Shown here one piece after another: positions 52,197 through 64,000 of a stretch of 64,000 nt of DNA. The DNA lies in assembly GCA_964016885.1 (NCBI GenBank), contig OZ024748.1, positions 9,610,001-9,674,000 on the forward strand, written 5' to 3'. The translations under genes and the position numbers were made by a program. The notes beneath the pieces are model-generated. The model made no database searches, was not told where the DNA came from, and saw only the letters and a list, made by a program, of their open reading frames with translations. This stretch comes from Eledone cirrhosa. Lineage: Eukaryota. The stretch's first letter is position 1; each line of letters begins with the position of its first letter.

Positions 52197-53290
52197 ATCC
52201 AAGGTTTTTTTTTTTATTTGTATATAAAAAAAATAAAAGCTGGGGGAGGGAGGGAAACATCAGGGTTAGCTGGTATATTTCACAAAGCTGATGATGGTAT
52301 AAACAGCTACAAATACAAAGAAATTTGTATGAAGCTACCTGTAGCAGCAGAGTTGTCATCTTTTAGATGTTATTTTTTCATTAAACATGTTAATCTTTCT
52401 CAAGGTTTCTGTTTGTTACATGGGGTATTATATATGCAAAAAGGAAAAAAAAGAAAGAAAAGAGAATTATGTCCCACTTTAAATGGTTCAAATTGTAAAT
52501 GAAATAAAGCAGACTCAACTAAAGTTGTACAAATTACAATAAGATTCAATGAAGTTATACAATTCTACTCAATATTAGATTTAACAGAGATTATTTGTAA
52601 GTTTAGGTGTTTCTTCATCCAATTAAAAGATTTATTATAAATGTGGATTCAAACGTTTTTAAATATGATCACACCATTTGACACATGAAGGATAGAAATC
52701 CTGCTTAATCTAAAGAATTTGTGCTGACTACAGGAAATTTATCGATAAAGTCAAGTTGAACAATTCTATATTGTTGGTTAAATAGATAATTATTCATCCA
52801 GATAAAATTCAGAATACATATATAATGTTAGAAAGTTTCTTAAATAACCTTCTATCTCTAATAACTTCTTTCTTTTGAAATATTAATAGTAGCAATAAAC
52901 AACTTTATTTCAGATGAACATAATTCATGATATTTGCATATACAACACAAAACCTTACAACAAAGACAACAAATGATATGACTAACTCTTACATTATGTC
53001 CAAAATATGTTTATGATTCACTGTAGAGAAACAAAAGGAAAAAGAATTGAGAAATCATGTAATTTTTTCTTAGATGGCAAGAAAGTGAATGTTAAAACAA
53101 AAATCTAATGTTAAAAGAAAAAAATGTTTCATTAGAATTAGGTAGTTTCAGATTGCAGGCAAAAAATTAAATGTATAACACACAACTGGGAAATATTTGA
53201 AGTTTTCTTATTTGAATCATGGAACCTTCATCATACAATTAAAGTGATAATGAAACAGATAAAAGTGTAATGCTTTTGTAGAGAAATATA

Positions 53291-53492
53291 TTAACCCTTT
53301 AGCATATCTGGTCAGAATTCTCTCACCTCTTTCTGTTCAAACCAGTCGTAACTAGCCACTTATACTGATGTTAAGGTACTGTTCTCAAAATAAATAATAT
53401 CAAAATCTCATAGATTCGATATTATCTGAGAAAAAACCTTTACCATGAAAATACAAAAGTAAATATAGAGTAATGTAAATGCTGATGGTTAA
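53291..53492. mobile_element. piggyBac-type MITE
   Basis: TTAA-cccttttagca...tgctgatgg-TTAA; same internal sequence as the other copies. Confidence 0.7.
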
Positions 53493-55096
53493 GATATTTA
53501 AGTAACCAGTTTAAAAGTTTGCAGATGACGAGGAGCTATTTAATGAGCAACACAGATTAAGAGTTTTATATTGGTTCTTATGACAGTTTTCAATTACTTA
53601 TATATATATGTAATTGATAATCTGTCTTAAAAACCAAAAACTTTTAAAATATTTCAGTATTTAATACACATAAATTTACATTCTAGATGTATAATATGGA
53701 CAGAATCAACACATCACTACTGCAAACCAATCAGAAATTATAGGGGTAAAAATTACACTAATGAAGGAATGCACATTTTGTTAAGATCTAGTTATGTGTT
53801 TAATAATCTGGGAGCAAAGATCAATTTATTTATACTAAAAATGTCTAAAGCAATATAAAAAATTCTTAACCTGAGAGAAAGACAATAAAACAGCTAGGTA
53901 GCATCAGCATTTAAGAAACATAAAGATTTGAAAATTTTATTACAAAAGATTTGAATAGAAGTAACAAAAAGATGGAAAAAATTATTACTTAAAATTCAAT
54001 ATTTTCTATTAGTAAAATAGTTAAATCCATGTTTAGGTCAAAGCTTGGTATTGATAACTTGCCAGTTTCCTAAAGTTCTAAAGGAATGAAGCTGTTGTTA
54101 GTAATACAAAACTATTTCTAAAATATCAAAGGACCACATAAACTAAGTAAGAAATGTATCATATTCATTACCTATTTCTCAAATCAAGTTAAATCTTCCT
54201 TAATTTCAGAGTCACACAGGATTATATAATTATAGCTGACAGCCAACAAATAAAAAACAAAAGCATTTCACTTCATACATGATGTCCTAATAATGAAGGC
54301 ACTTTCAAGATAAGAAATCTATCATTTCCCTTTGCCTTATCTGAAATCTGAGAATAAATCAAGATCGAAACCATTTGAACATTTTTGAATGTAAAAATAA
54401 AAAATTAAATAAAACAGATTTTTTTTTTAAATATGAGAATGATACAGAACAAAAGTAGTAAGCAGTCTTATTTACAGAGAAGAAAAATGGTAGAAAGTAG
54501 AACCATAGAATTTGTGTTTGAAAGGTAGTTATTCGATTTTTTTTTAGAATAGATGTTTTGTAAATAAGATGAGAGATTGTTCTGTGGTGGAGGGCAATTA
54601 TGTTACATTACAGAACTTTCACTGATATATTTTATATTTCAAGGCAACAGAGAAGAACATTTGGTTGTAAGAAAAATCAAGCTCTGTTTCAATTTATTTC
54701 ATTAAAAAGTTGATGTGGAGAATTTGTCTCTCTCTAAACCCCAACTCCCCACATACATGTGTTGAAGGAATTCTAGAGGGGATAAAAACTGAGAGAGACA
54801 GTCAGAAAATTAAATAAAATAGCTAGAGGAAACATAATATAATGAAGCACAGGAAGTTTTGTAAAACCAAAATTTCTAGCTTTGTTTGATGTAAGAAATT
54901 TTTGAAAAGAAAGAATTATATATATAAATATATATATATATATAGTAGATAAGATAAAATAAAGATGCCTATATTCTACCCCAATATATTGAGTACCTTT
55001 TTTAACTGTGGTCTTTTCCCAATCCCCATCAGGAATCCACCCTTAATTGTGTGTGTGTATGTGTATGTGTATATATATATATATATATAAATACAT

Positions 55097-55138
<42 letters not shown>

Positions 55139-55217
55139 CCGTGTGATGTTGATAGACGTAAGAATAAGTACTCATTACCGAAGCAGCTTTTAATATTCTT
55201 TATTATGATTGATATGA

Positions 55218-55268
55218 GTTTTGTTACTCTGGAGTTTCACCTGTACTCACAGGATCATCAGACACAAC
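55218..55268 (-). ncRNA. Type I hammerhead ribozyme
   Basis: gttgtgt CTGATGA t-cctg-tgagta-cagg-t GAA actc-ca-gagt A acaaaac; GUA triplet; stem II closes with a U-U mismatch. Confidence 0.65.
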
Positions 55269-55269
55269 A

Positions 55270-55320
55270 GTCTTGTCTGATGATCCTGTGAGTTCAGGTA
55301 AAACTCCAGATAAACAAGAC
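55270..55320 (+). ncRNA. Degenerate hammerhead (GAAA changed to AAAA), inverted partner of 55218-55268
   Basis: gtcttgt CTGATGA tcctgtgagttcaggt AAAA ctccagataa acaagac; perfect stem I. Confidence 0.5.
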
Positions 55321-55345
55321 ACATCATTATTAGCCATAATAAAAA

Positions 55346-55376
<31 letters not shown>

Positions 55377-55496
55377 TCCCTTTTTTAAACTCAACAACTA
55401 AATAAAATGGAACGTTCTAGATTTAGATGAAGAAATTAGTATTTTATCTCTCTTCAATTAGTATATTGACCTTTCGACCTTTTTCAATGATATAAT

Positions 55497-55681
55497 AATT
55501 GTTTCTACTTTTGGCACAAGGCCAGCAATTATCCCAGTGCATTACTGGTACTTTATTTTATCGACCCCGTAAGGATGAAAGGCAAAGTTAACCTCAGCGG
55601 CATTTGAACTCAGATCATAAAGGGCCGTAACTATGCGTCAAAGCATGGCGCCCGACCCTCTACCGATACTGCCAATCCACT
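55497..55681 (-). mobile_element. SINE, full length
   Basis: Same family. Confidence 0.85.
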
Positions 55682-55852
55682 AATGATAATTCTTAGCCTA
55701 GCTAGAGGAATATTAATACAGGAATTCAGGTAATTGAAGTTTGAAAAAAATCAATTAGTTTAACAGCAAAAACAAAAACATTAAATGAAATATATGGATC
55801 TCTAACACACACACAATATATGGATCACACACACACAATATATATGGATCTA

Positions 55853-55883
<31 letters not shown>

Positions 55884-56828
55884 GTTTTGTGGCAATAATA
55901 ATGGTTAGGATTAGAATGTGGAATTAATCGCATACTTTATAGGAATCAGATAAAAGCAAGACAAGAGTTTGTATATCTTTCTCAACAATAGTTGTCAAGC
56001 TAAATACAGCAATGGAGTGTGAAGAGTCCATCTATAATATTGAAACTGCTCCCTCTATTTCTACTAATTGTTTTGCTAGAGAGATGGGAGGTGACCATCT
56101 CTAATGAACAGCTTCAGAGCAATGCTTTATTGAAATCAGTTTTAAATTTTCCTTCTTTTTTTTTTATAGCAGATGGGGGGTGGGGGTTAATGACATCACT
56201 TGGACTCAAGTTTACAAAGAATGGAAAGAGAAAAGAAAGACAAATATAGAGACAGGAAGATAGTGATAGAGAGGTGGGAATCAAAGTAAACTACATGTTC
56301 AATATGGGGGGAAGAGAGACATGGAAGGGTCCTTGTCAAATACATTCAATCATTTTTTGTTGTTGTTTTTTTTTCTCTTCAAGTTAAATAAAGAATAATC
56401 ATACTTCACTTTTTGAAAATCATCAATATCTTAATATTTGTCTTTGAGTCTTCAAACAGTCCAGTTAAACTATTTGCTTATGAGAAATTTCACACACACA
56501 CATATATATATATGCATTGCATGTGTGTGTGTGTATGTATATGTGTGTGTGATATATGTATTGCATGTATGTATGTTATAAAGTATAAACTTAAGAAGAA
56601 TGTAGGGTAGAGGTGAGCAATGGAGGATAGAAACCAGCAATAATAGCATATATAAACACCATTGTCCATTTAAATCCCCCTACAGATAAACACTGTAGAG
56701 AGATGTCTGGTGTTTGGGATGTAGATATCAGCTAATGAAACTATAATCTGTTGTTTTTTTTTCTAACATTTTGTTTTTGTTTTATACATTTTGGGGTGTC
56801 TTTTTTTAATATTTCTTTTCTCTTTTAA

Positions 56829-64000
<7,172 letters not shown>

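Overview
This is AT-rich, microsatellite-dense invertebrate nuclear DNA; the repeat landscape suggests a cephalopod or other mollusc (inference). It holds (1) a complete 13-exon Selenoprotein O gene on the + strand (36590-46386, 704 codons) ending ...RVS-TGA-SS-stop, with a canonical SECIS hairpin about 1 kb into the 3'UTR, (2) the last five coding exons of a convergent FOXK forkhead gene on the - strand, with a 3.1-kb 66-bp minisatellite in one intron, and (3) a candidate small two-exon gene encoding a single thyroglobulin type-1 domain (23838-29737). Mobile DNA includes a decayed Penelope-like element (RT + GIY-YIG), an RTE LINE with a nested CR1/L2-type LINE, CRE-like endonuclease fragments, a Helitron/HINE-type element, piggyBac- and hAT-type MITEs, and many tRNA-derived SINE copies. 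The most unusual structural signal is four short fold-back elements of unrelated sequence sitting in (TA)n tracts, each carrying a type I hammerhead ribozyme or a remnant of one near the inversion point. Most ORFs in the supplied track are microsatellite artefacts. All exon and structure calls were made by eye.
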